Part shown: in pieces, positions 37,403 through 50,900 of the stretch | Layout: every line of letters starts with the position of its first letter | How positions within the stretch are numbered: position 1 is the first letter of the stretch | Source of the DNA: Pocillopora damicornis | Taxonomy: Eukaryota | Assembly: GCF_003704095.1 (NCBI RefSeq) | Contig: NW_020844463.1 | Coordinates: 186,001-250,000 of the forward strand | DNA: 64,000 bases | Direction: 5' to 3' | The notes under the pieces: generated by a model | Database searches by the model: none | What the model was told of the DNA's origin: nothing | What the model saw: only the letters and a program-made list of their open reading frames with translations | Position numbers and translations under genes: made by a program

Positions 37403-38938
37403 CGCCCAAGGTTTCCCATTGGCATTTGGATCACAGACGTGGACGGAAGAACTGCATTCGTCAACGTCTGCAAATAAATCAAATAGTCAGTGGTGGAACT
37501 CCGATTGATAATTTTTGCTGCCTGTAACTCTAAAAGGAAACATACCAAAATCTTTAACACCAAATACTCTTTACAGAAGAGGTTAAAAGGGAGAAGTGAC
37601 AAGAGACCTGTCCAATATCTGTGGTGTCATTTTTCAACACTTGGGCGCACTTGGTTATATCGAAACAATTTCGTGGAAGGATGTTCAAATTTGTTGGAAC
37701 AGCACAATTCAAAACTACACACTTCAGTGCATAAAGGCCTTGGCGACAATACGGGAAAAGTACTTAAGGACAAATAATGCAAATGCTATTTTTCAAGCAA
37801 TTGTTTATGTAAATGTTTTTCACTCAATCACGTTTTACATTCAAAAGTGAAATTATTTTAGTAAGCGAATACAACCTAAATATAAATTTCTAAATGGTTG
37901 ACAGTGTAAAACACCGATGAATATAGGAATACATGCCATTTTCCGCACGATAATCGAACGGTAAATACAAGAAAATGCGTGGGAATAACCGCATTCAGGT
38001 GGTGAACCGCCGCTAACAACGCGTTTTCTCAACGCAAACAGCTGCAAACGCTAGAAAACATTGTATTTCAATTTGTTAACCAACCCGTGAACGTTGGACG
38101 ACACTTGGTTTTCAAGCGTTATCTACGCATTTACTGTCCTAGAAAATGGAAGAAACGCATTGTCTTCAACGGAAAACGTCTGTGAAAACAATGTTTTGTT
38201 ACTGAGAAAACACCAGTAAACAACGGAATACAAACTGTTTTCCCGTCTGTTAACCGTACTCTTAACACTAAGAAAACAATCGTTTTCATAGAGTTCACTG
38301 TGGAGGAAAACTGCTGGATAATGGAACGAATACTCCAATTTGCCGACTCGAAAACAACGGGAGAAAGTTGGATTTTCTTTTCGGAAAATGTCAGAAAATG
38401 GGTGAATAATGCTGCGTTTTCAAATATTCACAACTTGTTTTCCGAACGGGTGAACACCACTTTTTTTGCAGTGTCAGGTATAATGGAGTAAACCCAGAAT
38501 CTGGCACTGACGGCTTACCCTCCTTCACTTGTCTTAATCTCTTTACACGTTTCAGCCGGAGGTTCACTTATATCACTTATCATTCCATAATATAATTATT
38601 CTTAATTCTTCATTTTCTCTTTTCTTCTTTTAGCATTAAGATATTACCTCTCTTCGAGTCTTTTTTAGTACAAAATCCTCTTCTCTGGCCTCCTTAGAAC
38701 GGTTGCCCAACTCGCAAATGTCTTCGGTGACGACGTAGTTGCAACTTTGGCATATGATATCTTGGTAACATTCCCGTAAACACACATCACCGAGATCCGC
38801 TTTTGGGATCTTTTTGAAGATGTGTCCTTGCAGCATCATACCCAGGATCGACACCTCTCCTTTGGCGTTGCTGTGTTGAGAATTTGCATCTAAGAATGTT
38901 GGACTTACAACCATTAGCAGTAGCAGAGTGAGGGCCAT
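37403..38938 (-). pseudogene. Gene D: deleted duplicate of gene E (SP-PAN exon, partial exon 2, internally deleted cbEGF)
   Basis: 38648-38938 closely matches 52402-52714 but has a 3' deletion. ~38490-38570 ELPAETCKEIKTSEGG* has a stop and no acceptor. 37403-37467 DVDECSSSVHVCDPNAN is truncated. Confidence 0.8.
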
Positions 38939-40740
38939 CTTGCTCCACTCAGCAGCTTGATGACCCCTGATGGCGATAAAAGTATCAGTAGATTCGGCTA
39001 ATGGAAAAATTTGCCAGGTCGCTTAGACTTAGTGAAAGGAGGCGACAAGATCGTTTAAGGATTTATTTATTGTTTGCGAAAAATTTAGGGGGCGCTAATA
39101 GCTGTCTACAGCCATATGAAACAATCCTATCCCATGTTGAAATGAATAAACGACCCTCAGGAAACCGCAACGATGACGTGGCCAAACAAAAGATCTACTT
39201 CACAGAACAATATCTCTGCATGTGCGTTTTTAGCTTTGTACATTTCAAAGCCCTCTGAAAAACAACTATGTGAATTCATGACATTTGCGTGGTCTGAGAA
39301 ACAAAACACCGAGGGTGATTTAATGTAATTTCCATTATTATTTTGATAGTGAACAATATTTCCATGCATTATGCTGAAGTTGAGATTTGCCATCTTGATA
39401 GACAGTTGACGCATCTAGCCATTCGCTAAAAGTATAAAGTTAATTCTAAGATCAAACCACGTCTTTCTCGGCGTTACGGTACTCACACCGTAAGGTCCCT
39501 CTAAACGAATTTAACCCTCCCTGAAGTGTACTTAAAGAAGGAAACAAAAAAAAAAAACCAAAACAATTATCGTTTCCAAAGTCGACGTAAGTGGAACAAT
39601 ATACATATAACATCCTTATTCTAGCTTACTCCCGTCGATGCAAAAAAAAAATGTTCACCCAGAGCTTAACCCTCTTTCAAAACATTGATTTTAAATAAGA
39701 TAAATTAAATAGAGCGTGAGTAAAATTTGACAAACATCTAAAGCGATTTCTTTAAATAGCATGGATTTACATTCCGTTTAAGCCGAAAGGTTTTACTAAC
39801 GAACTACTGCAAAAACAGGCTCACCAGAGACAAATGTCTTCTCACCAGAAGAACTGCTTCTTTCTTTTGCTACACGCTCTTACCAGATATGAATTATGTC
39901 TTGAGCACCGACAAGCTGGTCTAAAAGTTGTATTTCCAAAGGGTTTGGGTAAACAAGCGTTGCTTAAGCTATTTACGCAGTTTTTGACGATGTTGCGCAG
40001 CCAAACAGTAAATATAATAGTATGAATCCGAAGAGGAATGCTCTAGTTCCTTCTCCATGTGGATATATGAACCACAAATACTATAATAAAAGTAAAAACG
40101 TGAAGACCAGTATATCGATAAATAGGAAAACTTTTGAGCTGTGGTCCATCTTTCGGGAGAATATTACCTTTAGTGTTTTGCTGAGCTTAGCATACATTTA
40201 AACTTCTCATATTGCATTTGTTTTGTGTAAGTTAAGGAAATAAGAGATGTTTAAAAGTTGGACACCTGGAACTATCACTTTAACATTGATCATAATTTTT
40301 CTTTCTGCTCTCTCGCGAGGAAAATACTTCTTCAAAATTTGAAGCCTGAGGTTATGAGGCAAAGTCCACTTCTTAAATAACGTTATTTACAACACCTTTT
40401 TATAAGATGAAACAAAAGCAAACTTGACTTATTTTTGTCATTAAGATAGTCTGGTTTTATTTATTGGTTAGTTAATATAAATTGGTCTCCATAAAGAGTT
40501 TTAAAGCTGACGTTTCGAGCGTTACCTCTTCTTCCTTATCATTCCTTCTACAATTTGTTTTTTAATTATTTCTTCCACCTAACCGCAAATTAAAATAAAT
40601 ATGCTGCTCAGATGGTGACTGTAATAAAACTTAAAACATCAATCTCCAACTTAAGAACCACCCTTACGTTTTAACAGCAATAAACCGAAAATACGATAAC
40701 AAAAAGAGATATATGTAGATCCTTATAGAGATAAATAGCA
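38490..40740 (+). repeat. Segmental duplication of gene E exons 1-2 plus ~2 kb upstream (partner ~52200-54980; partial third copy ~60310-61050)
   Basis: Collinear non-coding matches such as ATGACATTTGCGTGGTCTGAGAA, GTAAGGTCCCTCT, AAAAGTTGGACACC and TTTCTTCCACCTAACCGCAAAT. Confidence 0.85.
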
Positions 40741-41170
40741 ATANNNNNNNNNNNNNNNNNNNNNNNNNNNNNNNNNNNNNNNNNNNNNNNNNNNNNNNNN
40801 NNNNNNNNNNNNNNNNNNNNNNNNNNNNNNNNNNNNNNNNNNNTCACCACCTGAATGCGGTTATTCCCACGCATTTTCTTGTATTTACCGTTCGATTGTC
40901 GTGCGGAAAATGGCAATATGGAAAAATTATGTAACCTGTATCTCAAAGAATTGTAGTCTTATTCAACAACAAAAAGCCTAAAAACAAAAAAACCATGACA
41001 AGAAAGTAATTAGTTAAGGAGAAATGGCATGAAATGGCAACTCTATACCCTATATGGGGAGAGTAGGGTCAATACTTTAAAAGTAATACTTAGATTCTTC
41101 ATCTGTCCACAAATCCATTTACTTTTTTTCTCAGCGGGCATGGTGACGCATCCTGCAATCTGATTGGCTT

Positions 41171-42122
41171 GGATTCCGATGGCGTAAAGAAAATAAGATA
41201 AAACATAAGAAAGCATTAGAATTAATGTAAGTAGGTATGAATTATATTTTGGGTGCGACACAGTTATTTCAGCCCGAGCCGCTGGGTGAGAGTCAAATGG
41301 ATAAAGACGACCGAAAACTAACAATTGAAGGATATTAACTTGATAAAATCGACCCTCTTACAGAGAAAACCTAGGGCCCACTGATTTCGTAAAACCATAG
41401 TTTGGGTTAGACCTCGTGTTAATTACCGGCCCTATTGGTGTATTATAAGATATTTTGCCACGTATAAATGGATGTCAGTCAGTGCATGACTCTTCCTCCT
41501 TGAAAGGCGTGATTAATCAGGGGAAGGCGTCTCGAATATCACGGGAAAAAATCGCTCTTTAATTTGCCATGTACAGAAGCTTAAGACAAATAGGACTCGA
41601 ATTCGTCCATAGGAAAATCTTACTGTCTCAGTTCACGTGTCATGAGTCATACGCAGTTTGTTTCGTGGGTAAGTTGTTGCATGTCGCGACTGAAAAGTTT
41701 GTGTGAAATAACAATGCGATCGTCCCTATTCTTGCTTAGTGCGGTTAAGCAAAGCGTAATATACTCGGGAAAGGTGGCAGCTAGGTAGCGCTATAGAAGC
41801 CAAAAAAATAACAAAATAAATTATTCTGGTTTCAGATGAAATTTGGCTGTTAAGGAAGGCTTTGACTTTTCGACAAGCCTTGTAATCCAACCTTTATAAA
41901 CCTGTGGAAAAGTGCGACTGTTCTATAGATAGATAACCGTTAAAAAAACGAGCATGACAAGCGAGTGTTAGTAATTTTTTCCACAACCGGATTCCGACGG
42001 CGTAAAGAAAACAAAATAAAATTGAAAAAGTAATAGAGTTAATGTTGGCAGGTATGAATTATCTTTTGGGCGCGACACAGAGTCATTTCAGCCCGAGCCG
42101 CTGGGCGAGAGTTAAAAGGATA
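41171..42122 (+). repeat. Pair of ~130-bp direct repeats (41171-41303, 41989-42122)
   Basis: GGATTCCGA.GGCGTAAAGAAAA...GGTATGAATTAT...GCGACACAG..ATTTCAGCCCGAGCCGCTGGG.GAGAGT. Confidence 0.75.
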
Positions 42123-42488
42123 TTTTTTCCGAATGACTTAACACTGTGTTACAATTATTATTAAATTGTTATCACTTTGAAGGGCATTGAGAAAAAAAAA
42201 GAAAAAACTGGAAAGTGACAACAAAAATGACAATAAAACAGTGGGAACAATCACGCAAACAAGCTAGCGATCTGTAATACATTTTAGCCCGCTAAAAAAA
42301 TGTAGCCCAAGAAATGCGCCACGATGCCCGGCGGCTATGCCCATTAAAGGCGTAAAAGGTGCATAAGTCGAAACGCTCGCAACAGAACCTGCTACCAGGC
42401 TAAACAGACGGCGGTAGGAGGTCTTATAGACGGCGGTAAACCCTTTTGGGAAACGAGACGATATAAACCAAAAACTGAAAACTACATG

Positions 42489-42856
42489 AAGAATTAGATA
42501 TATGAAAATTCACATATTTGCACTGCGGTGGAAAGATGAAATTAGAAGATCCTCGCAGCTTAGAACACTACTGAAACTAGTAGTTGTAAGTAGGATCTGA
42601 AAAAAATTTCAGGCCCGTACCGCAGTGCAAATATGTGAATTTTCATATATCTAAATCTTCATTCACTCGGATGTTTATTTGTACCCAATTCATTGACCAG
42701 CTCCCAGTTGGCTTGTTAGCTCAATTGGTAGAGCGCTGCACCGGTATCGCAGAGGTCATGGGTTCAAATCCCGTACGGGCCTGAAATTTTTTTCAGGTCC
42801 TACTTACAACTACTAGTTTCAGTAGTGTTCTTAGCTGCGAGGATCTTCTAATTTCA
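42489..42856. mobile_element. tRNA-derived SINE-like insertion with internal inversion and 13-bp TSD
   Basis: TSD TGAAAACTACATG at 42476-42488 and 42857-42869. tRNA-like head at 42710-42782 (TAGCTCAATTGGTAGAGC...GGTTCAAATCC). 42489-42620 is an inverted copy of the body and tail. Confidence 0.82.
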
Positions 42857-42869
42857 TGAAAACTACATG

Positions 42870-43130
42870 TTATCATTAATCATTAACCTGTCGCGTGTAT
42901 CCATTCTTTTGTAATCTCTTGTTTTGACTATTATTGGTGGCGGTCTTTTGTTCTTAAGCCGAATAGTCGCATATATTAAGTTATGATCCGATATCCCCAA
43001 AGGGGATACACCTGTAGCGCTGACAAGATCTTTTCTTGTGGTTACAATAAGATCAATTAAGGAGCTTGATGTTATTGTTTGTCTTGTGGCTTCTTGTATG
43101 ACGTTCTCCATATTAAACATCTCGAAAATG
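42870..43130 (-). mobile_element. LINE APE-endonuclease C-terminal fragment
   Basis: ATRQTITSSSLIDLIVT...GISDHNLIY...KTRDYK. Confidence 0.78.
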
Positions 43131-43231
43131 GNNNNNNNNNNNNNNNNNNNNNNNNNNNNNNNNNNNNNNNNNNNNNNNNNNNNNNNNNNNNNNNNNNNNN
43201 NNNNNNNNNNNNNNNNNNNNNNNNNNNNNNN

Positions 43232-44484
43232 GGAGTGCCTCAGGGTTCTGTTCTAGGCCCACTGCTTTTTTTGTTATATATCAATGACATACAGGAATCA
43301 TCAGATAAGCTTAGTTTTACCTTTTTGCGGATGACACAAATATCCTTTGCTGATAAAAATCTGAAATCGTTGGAACTCTGCGTAAATCAAGAGCTTAACA
43401 AAGCATATGATTAGTGAACTGCAAACAAATTGACCTTGAATATTTAAAAAAGTAACTTCGTCATGTTTTGCCCTGCCCAAAGGAAACTTTCCTATCAACC
43501 TAAAATCGTGATATTTGATAACAAACAAAACAAGAAGGTGGCTCTAAAGCATAGAGGTTATGTCATATATCTCGGGATTTTAATTGATAAAAATTTGTCT
43601 TGGAAACACCATATTGACCATGTAATCATTAAAGTAAGCAGAACCGTACGATCAATCGCAGAATTACGACACTTTCCGCCAACGCATACCCTCTTAAATA
43701 TATACCAAGCTCTTATAGCTCCTTACTTAACATACGGTCTGACAGCATGGGGTCAGGCTTGTAAATCTTACCTTGACAAGCTCCTAAAGTTGCAGAAATG
43801 AGCTCTTCGCTTTAACTACTTTTCTGATCATAATGAGCATGCAATTCCTTTATTTGTTGACGTTCATATCTTACCGCTAAAATTTGTTTATTATGAATCT
43901 ATTGCTAATTTGATGTTTGACGTTCGAAACAGAACAGCTTCATCCAATATTGAAGACCTATTTCAAGATCTATCTAATGTTCATTCTTACAATACACGTT
44001 CTTCTGCCTCTAATAACTTCTATACCAAACCTTCTAGGCTATCCGTTCAAGCGAATTCCTACTCTCGAATAGGAGTAAAAGTGTGGAATGCAATACCTCA
44101 AGCATTAAGAAATCTTTCTAAAAATGCGTTTAAAAGAAAACTCAAACGAATTTTATTCAACATATTAGGTTCACAAGACTCTAATATAGATTTATCTGAG
44201 ATTATATAAAATGTAAATTCCTGGTAATAATTCTCCTGATCTATCCTGACTATTTTTATAAACAGTAGCTGTACCTTTTATATTTTAAATTAGGTCAATG
44301 TAACGGTTTTTCTTGTTGTTATTCAATACTGTCTCTTTCCCTTCTCTTTTATCAGTTAATTTCTAGGGTCTTTTTTTGCAATTCGGCTATTGAGGCATGG
44401 CCCGCCTAGATTAGTCTTTGCTAGTTGCGGGCATGCCCTTTTCTGTAAAATTTAATTGGAAATCAATAAAGTGTGTATGTGTGT
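43232..44484 (+). mobile_element. LINE (L2/CR1-like) RT 3' fragment with 3' UTR
   Basis: GVPQGSVLGPLLFLLYINDI, frameshifted FADDT, YLGILIDKNLSWKHHI, HSYNTR, KVWN. Ends AATAAA plus a (GT)n-like tail; several stops. Confidence 0.9.
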
Positions 44485-45362
44485 TCAGTTTCAAAAGCTA
44501 TAAATCCAGTTCAAATATTTCAACAAGATTAAGTGCCTTCTGTGCTCGAGTCTTTAGTTCTTTTAATTTTATGTGTGTGATTGTTTGGTTTTGAGGTCTA
44601 GAATTTCAGTTCCTCTGTGAATCCCCAGGCTTTTAATTCTGTTACCTGTAAATGTACTTAGTAAGTTGTTGATTTTCACCGTTCAGTTTTCTTAAACTTT
44701 CCTTTTCTCTGACATATTCTATTCTAATCTCTGAAATCTTTAACCAGTTTCTCCTTTTCATTCCTCAAGATTTTGATATTTTGCTCTCCAGATACATATT
44801 TCTTTCTCTGCTTTTTCAAGTTTTGACTGAATGGCATGCAGATCTGCTCCCTACTTCTCTACCCAGGTCACATCATTTTTCAAAATAACCAGCTTACGCA
44901 ATTTTTCCTCATGCCCCTTTCTGTTTTTACAATTTCCTTTTCTGTTCAGAGTCTGATTTGTGATTGAAGCGGTTTGAAAGTCGGCCTTCAATTCGATCAC
45001 TCTCTCAACTGATCTTAAACGCATGGCCAGGGATGATTCCATTTAGCATGTCAATGTATGCAAGGCCTGGGGTGTCTTTTTTCAATTTTCTTTTTGCAAT
45101 TTTGCCATTGCATTAGTGCGGCATTCTTGACCGCCAGCCAGAATAGGACTTCATTACCACCTTCACTTTGTTTTGTCACATATTTTAACTGAGCTGCTGG
45201 TGGACCGCAAATATATATGAGGGGGTCACGGACCGGGTGACGATCAGACACTTTTCATTATTGTTTTGATTTTTTTTCCCGCGCGAAACCAAAACAAAAA
45301 ATTCTTAAATTTCTCCAAAAGGGCATCTTATACCGAGCCCCCAGCCTCGTGATCACCCCCTG
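44485..45362 (-). mobile_element. Degenerate coiled-coil ORF remnant, possibly the 5' end of a DNA transposon cut by the LINE
   Basis: Stop-riddled reading ...KLEKAEKEICIWRAKYQNLEE...KLKELKTRAQKALNLVEIFELDL; putative terminus CAGGGGG at 45362. Confidence 0.3.
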
Positions 45363-47639
45363 TAGTTACCAGTCTTTTATCTGTCATTGAGCCGTAGGTA
45401 TTAAAATAGCTATCGTTTTTGCACAGCATTTAGTGCGAAGAAGAGAGACGTTCAGTACTGTTATTTCAGCGCGATCGAAGGAAGATTACTGTTCGTAGAT
45501 GCGTTCATATTTGCTGAAAGTAGGCAAAAAAAAGCGGCAATATTTTTAGGGTTTGCAAAGTTCTTTTTGCCGTAAACGTGGAATGACATCTTTGAACTTA
45601 AACAATTTGATTGGGATGGATCGATACCAGTAAGGGATTTCGGCTGAGTTAAGATTCGGGAAATGATATTTACGAAGGTAGACGCCATTTTCCGTATTGT
45701 AATGGGAATAAAACGTTGTAAGTTATAACGGAAAAAACCGCAACGACTGTTTCATTTACCAAAACACTGTAATTCTGTAATGAAAGTACTGATGAGTATC
45801 ATTCAAACTGGCATTGGGATGGCGGGGTTACGTCCATGATACGAATTTTATTAACTGGTTTTAAATGAATCCCATACTAAGCTTTGTATTCTTCAGCGAG
45901 TTTTTAAACTCTTCTAAGACTCTAAGTCTTGCGGTCTATTGCGCACGCGCGATTCGGAATTTCTGGCCATGATTGGCTCATTACGTGGAAAACCCTGTTA
46001 TTACGTATGCTACGCCGCAACGTATCATATCCTTAGACAAGTCTGTGATTTAATTCTTCTCGTTGGTCAGCTAATTACTATAATTCCAGAGGTCTGTGAA
46101 GACGGTATTTTTATTATAGTGTCAAAAATAACTCTTGCCTAATAGCAATGCCTTATTACTACCAGTGATATGTAATTTGAGTATGATTGAATAGGCCTGC
46201 CTAGACGAAAAATAAAAAAAATTTTCATTTCAAAACCTACACATTTAATAACTTGTACTATATATTTTCAAATGCTTCGATAGTATTACGTTTTACAGTA
46301 GTATCGCCTTATAAGCACAAGGCTTGTTAAGTTTCTCGTACATCACCCCGCATAAAGGTGTCTGCCAAGAAAAAGCTATGTATTTCAAATATGGAATTAC
46401 GCAAAAAATGGTCCAAAGTCATATTTAATTTTTTTTCATTGTAACACCAACATGTACAGCAATTATATTCTATTACTATCAAAGGTATATAAATTGGTCA
46501 TGATTGAATACACGCTCTGAAAAAAGTACCTTAACGGCACAAGGCCTTAGACTTGCTGCTATCAAATACATTTGACTTCCATAGATGGCAAAACTAACTG
46601 TCATTCACTTACATTAATGTGAATTAACCATTCTAGCTCCAGTTACATGTGTACAAATTATTAAGTTTTCATTCAAAGGCAAGAATAATAAGGCTAATTT
46701 TCATGAACACAAACGATTGCTGATCATGTTACCATTAGGAGGTCTATGGCAACCCCTCCTTGTTGCTTATTAAATTCGTCTATCTAAATGTATTATCTCG
46801 CTATTTCCAGCACTGAGTCCTCTTGGAGACTTACTTATCATTACGTAAATCAAATAATAGCGTTGCCTGTACCGAACCTTCTACCAATACTGCTCTTACA
46901 CAATACACCTTTTATCGCAAATTTGCTGCGAAAACTACTACTAACGCTACGTTACACGAGATTATTTTTAAAGAGACAGTCTTGCCAAATTTAAGCCTCC
47001 TAAAGCTCTCATGTTTAACAAGCTCTTGTTTGTTAAACACTATGATAATTGTTATCATCATCATTTCTATCTTTCATATCATCTTTTTTTTTTTTGCTTT
47101 CGATCCTTAGGTCTTATACGAAATATGCTCCGCAGAATAACTAGAAGGGCTTTGTTTTCCATTTTTTTTTTCGGGTGCACGTGCCAAAAAAATTCCATAA
47201 AAGGCGGAAAAAAAAGATGTACGTCTACAGCGGTGTCGCTAATGTGTTTAAACAATAGAAAAATGAGATGATTGTTCAAAATACGCCACGGATAATGATT
47301 ACCGAAATTATTGGTAAACCTTAACTGCCCTAAAATATTTTAATATGTTGTATTCGGTAATTATCTCATTGTGGCGAGTGTACCAAATACGTAAACAGTG
47401 CCTCTCACACGTGCTAATTGGCTGGTTCGGATGTAATTGACAAGTACTGTTTGCCTCCAAGCATGATTGTTGATCTTGCAAATATTCGTCATCTTGCGTT
47501 GCTAATTTTTGAACCGAGATCAAAAACTAGCAACGTGTCAATATGACAATGCTACAATAAGGTCGTGAGATCAATGCCACGAAATAACTTGTTACAAAAA
47601 AAATTGTTTTAAGGAAATTTTTTTTTCTTTGCGACCAGT

Positions 47640-47965
47640 CTAGTTATTGCACGCCACACTGGCATCCTCACTATGTACACAGTTATGTTTTTCCCAGCCA
47701 GGGAACGCACATCGAGATAACATTGCCTCTCCCCCTTGGCAGTAGACATCATCCATCCAGACTGGGTCAGAACCCTGACCGTATTTAGCGCAACAACTAG
47801 CCTGAGATGCACTAGAGAAGCCGAGCTGACGACAAACCACATTGGCTTCGTTAATTGTCCAGTGATCATCACACACTGTGCCCCACTTCCCGTTGTGATA
47901 AACCTCTACACGGCCGTAGTTTGCTCCACCGCCCATTAAACGGATAGGAGCGTCCTCATTAGTGG
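47640..47965 (-). CDS. Gene E terminal SRCR exon
   Basis: IRLMGGGANYGRVEVYHNGKWGTVCDDHW...ASCCAKYGQGSDPVWMDDVYC...SEDASVACNN*. Confidence 0.9.
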
Positions 47966-50900
47966 CTGTGTGATCAACATACTACTGACTAAGTATTGGA
48001 GGTACCTGAGATCAAACTGGCCTCAGCTGTGCTTGAATCATTTAAATTAGGTTTTAAATCATCCGAGGAACGGTCTCGGGAGTGCTGTGGAAATCATGCT
48101 TAACCCTTTAACTCCCAAGATCTTATTGTCAATTCTCCCCTGGTGGTAGATGAGAATAACAAAAACCTGCCTGCTACGTTCGAGGAGAGCAATAACAAAT
48201 AACATTGGCAAAAAGTAAAAGTTATCACCGAGAAGCAATGAAAGAAGTAACCATGGAGAAGACTTGGTTGAAAATATATTAAAATATCAAAATTCCAAAA
48301 TACATACAGTGTGAGAGAAATAAGGACATTTCGCCAAAACGAGCCCCTTTAGCAGTTTAGAAGTTTTCTTGCTATTGTTTTTGTAGTTGCTGCTGTTTTT
48401 AACTGCACTTACGTCGTTTTCAATAATTTTATAACACGAGCTGAGGTCGCTTACAGTGTTCAGAGATTGTACCAATTAAAATAAACTGAGAAGCAGAATG
48501 TCGCGGCAATAGGTCTTCCCTACCCAAAAATAATGTAGAAGACAAGAGGAGGAAGCGTAAGGATATAAAGGAAGAAGGATCCATCAACTGGATACTAAAA
48601 AATCAAAGCAATAACGAACAGGTGTGCTATAATAGGATTATAAGCCCTCTTAAATGGGTTTTTAGTCAATCAGAAATAACCTCCTAGCAATTCATCTAAT
48701 TTCCTTAGAAGTTTTTTTCAACTATACCTATTTCTTCTTCTTAGCTAAAGAGTGCCACTATAACACAATATATTAACTGGCCTAGGATTGAGACCATTGC
48801 ATCATCTACCTGGCAACCAAATGTGCCTTAAATAGCCTTACCTGTGCAAGATTTCCCATCACCAGAGAATCCACTCACACACTGACAGTGAAATGAGCCT
48901 TCAGTATTCTGACAATTGGCATTTGGATCACAGACGGGTATGGAAGAGCTGCATTCGTCAACATCTACAAAAATCAAATGGACAGTAGTGGAACTCCGAT
49001 TAATGACTTTTACTGCTTGTAACTCTAAAAGGAAGCATAGGAAGAAGTGACAAGAGACCTGTTAAATATCGGTGGTACTATTTTTTAACACCTGGAATAA
49101 CACAATTTAAAATTTTCCCCCCTCAACTCTCCCTCCTATACACCCTTAAATCTCTTGTTAATTCGATTTTCTGAAATTGATTCTTTCCGCCCTTAACTCT
49201 AAAAGGAAACAGAGCGAGAACTCCGCAAGAAAATTACTCTTTGAAGCTAAGCTTAAGGGATTTGAGTAACAGACTACCTGGTCATGCTGGTTGGTGTTAT
49301 ATGTTAACCAACTATAAAGAAATACGGACGCATATGGTTATATCCAACCACTCTTTCTTGGATGGATGTTAATATTCCTTGAATAACAAAGTTCGAAATC
49401 CCCATCCTACACATCCTCCGTAAGTCTCTTAATGATTCGATTTTCTAAAACTGCACTTCTACCTATTTATTGGTTCCCTTAGAGAGGAATCGGAGAGTAA
49501 GGAATCTACTTCAAAAACATAACACACTTACATGACTAAGGCCCAAACATCTGCGCGTACCATGCAACCACCAAAACTGCCTTAAAAAATAGCCTTACCG
49601 ATGCAAGATTTCCCATCACCAGAGAATCCACTCACACACTGACAATGAAATGTGCCTTTCGCATTCTGACAATTGGCCTTTGGATCACAGACGGGGGCGG
49701 AAGAGCTGCATTCGTCAACATCTGCAAAGAAATTAAACAATCAGTAGTGGAGCTCCGATTGATGACTTTTACTGCTTGTAACTCTAAAAGGAAACACAGG
49801 TAGAAGTGACAAGAGACCTGTTCAATATCGGCGATGTTATTTTTCAACATATGGACGCACTTTGTTACATCGCAACACATTTCGTGAAAGGGTGTTCAAA
49901 TTTGTTGGAACAACACCATTCAAAACTTTCAATGCCAAAGTAAAGTGCATGTCTGAAATACTTCGTCTATACCTAATAACCGACAGCATACTAAAAACAA
50001 TATATACTTTCATTAAACTGCAAGTTTTCTGATAAGAAATAAGTCACTTCTTGAAGGTAGGGCTGAAAGGGATATCTGACAAGTGACCTGGTTATGCTGG
50101 TTGGGGCGTTTCGTGCCCAGTCACTTTGTACCCGGCTTTGTCGATTCGCACTCAGTTGGTTGAGTCACTTTGTACCCAAACTAATCAAGTAGATTGTTCA
50201 TGCTTATATGTTAAACGATAAGAATAAACAGAAATAAACGAATTTACAACCGTCTATAACAAAGAGATAAAAGTCTCACTTTCGCTGGCTCTTATTTTGT
50301 TTTATATTTTATTACTTATAAAGTATTACTTTTATTTTATTGTTTTTATATATTTTTTTAAATAAACGAATTTACAACCGTTTATAACAAAGGGATAAAA
50401 GTGTCACTTTCGCTGGCTCTTATTTTGTTTTATTTCCACCTTCCTTCAGTCTCTTTTTTATTCTATTTTCTAAGAGTGTGCTGGTAACTATTTGTGTTCT
50501 CATTATCTCAAGAGAGGGACCAAAGAGTAAAGTGTCTAGCCCCAAAATACAGCACACTCACAAGACTAAGGCCAAAACCTCGGCGTTCATCAAGTTACCA
50601 CCCTATCTCTCAAGAATATCCTTACCGGAGCAAGATTTCCCGTCAGCAGAAAATCCAGTCTCATCTCATTTCCTTACAAGTTTTTTTCAACTCTACTTAT
50701 TTCTTCATCTTGGCTAGAGTGCCANNNNNNNNNNNNNNNNNNNNNNNNNNNNNNNNNNNNNNNNNNNNNNNNNNNNNNNNNNNNNNNNNNNNNNNNNNNN
50801 NNNNNNNNNNNNNNNNNNNNNNNNATCACCAGAGAATCCACTCACACACTGACAATAAAATGTGCCTTCCGTATTCTGACAATTGGCCTTTGGATCACAG

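Noticed and set aside
42710-42782. Apparent tRNA-Thr(GGT) gene
   Set aside because: It sits inside a TSD-flanked SINE-like repeat, has a mismatched anticodon stem, and GGT is not a usual eukaryotic Thr anticodon.
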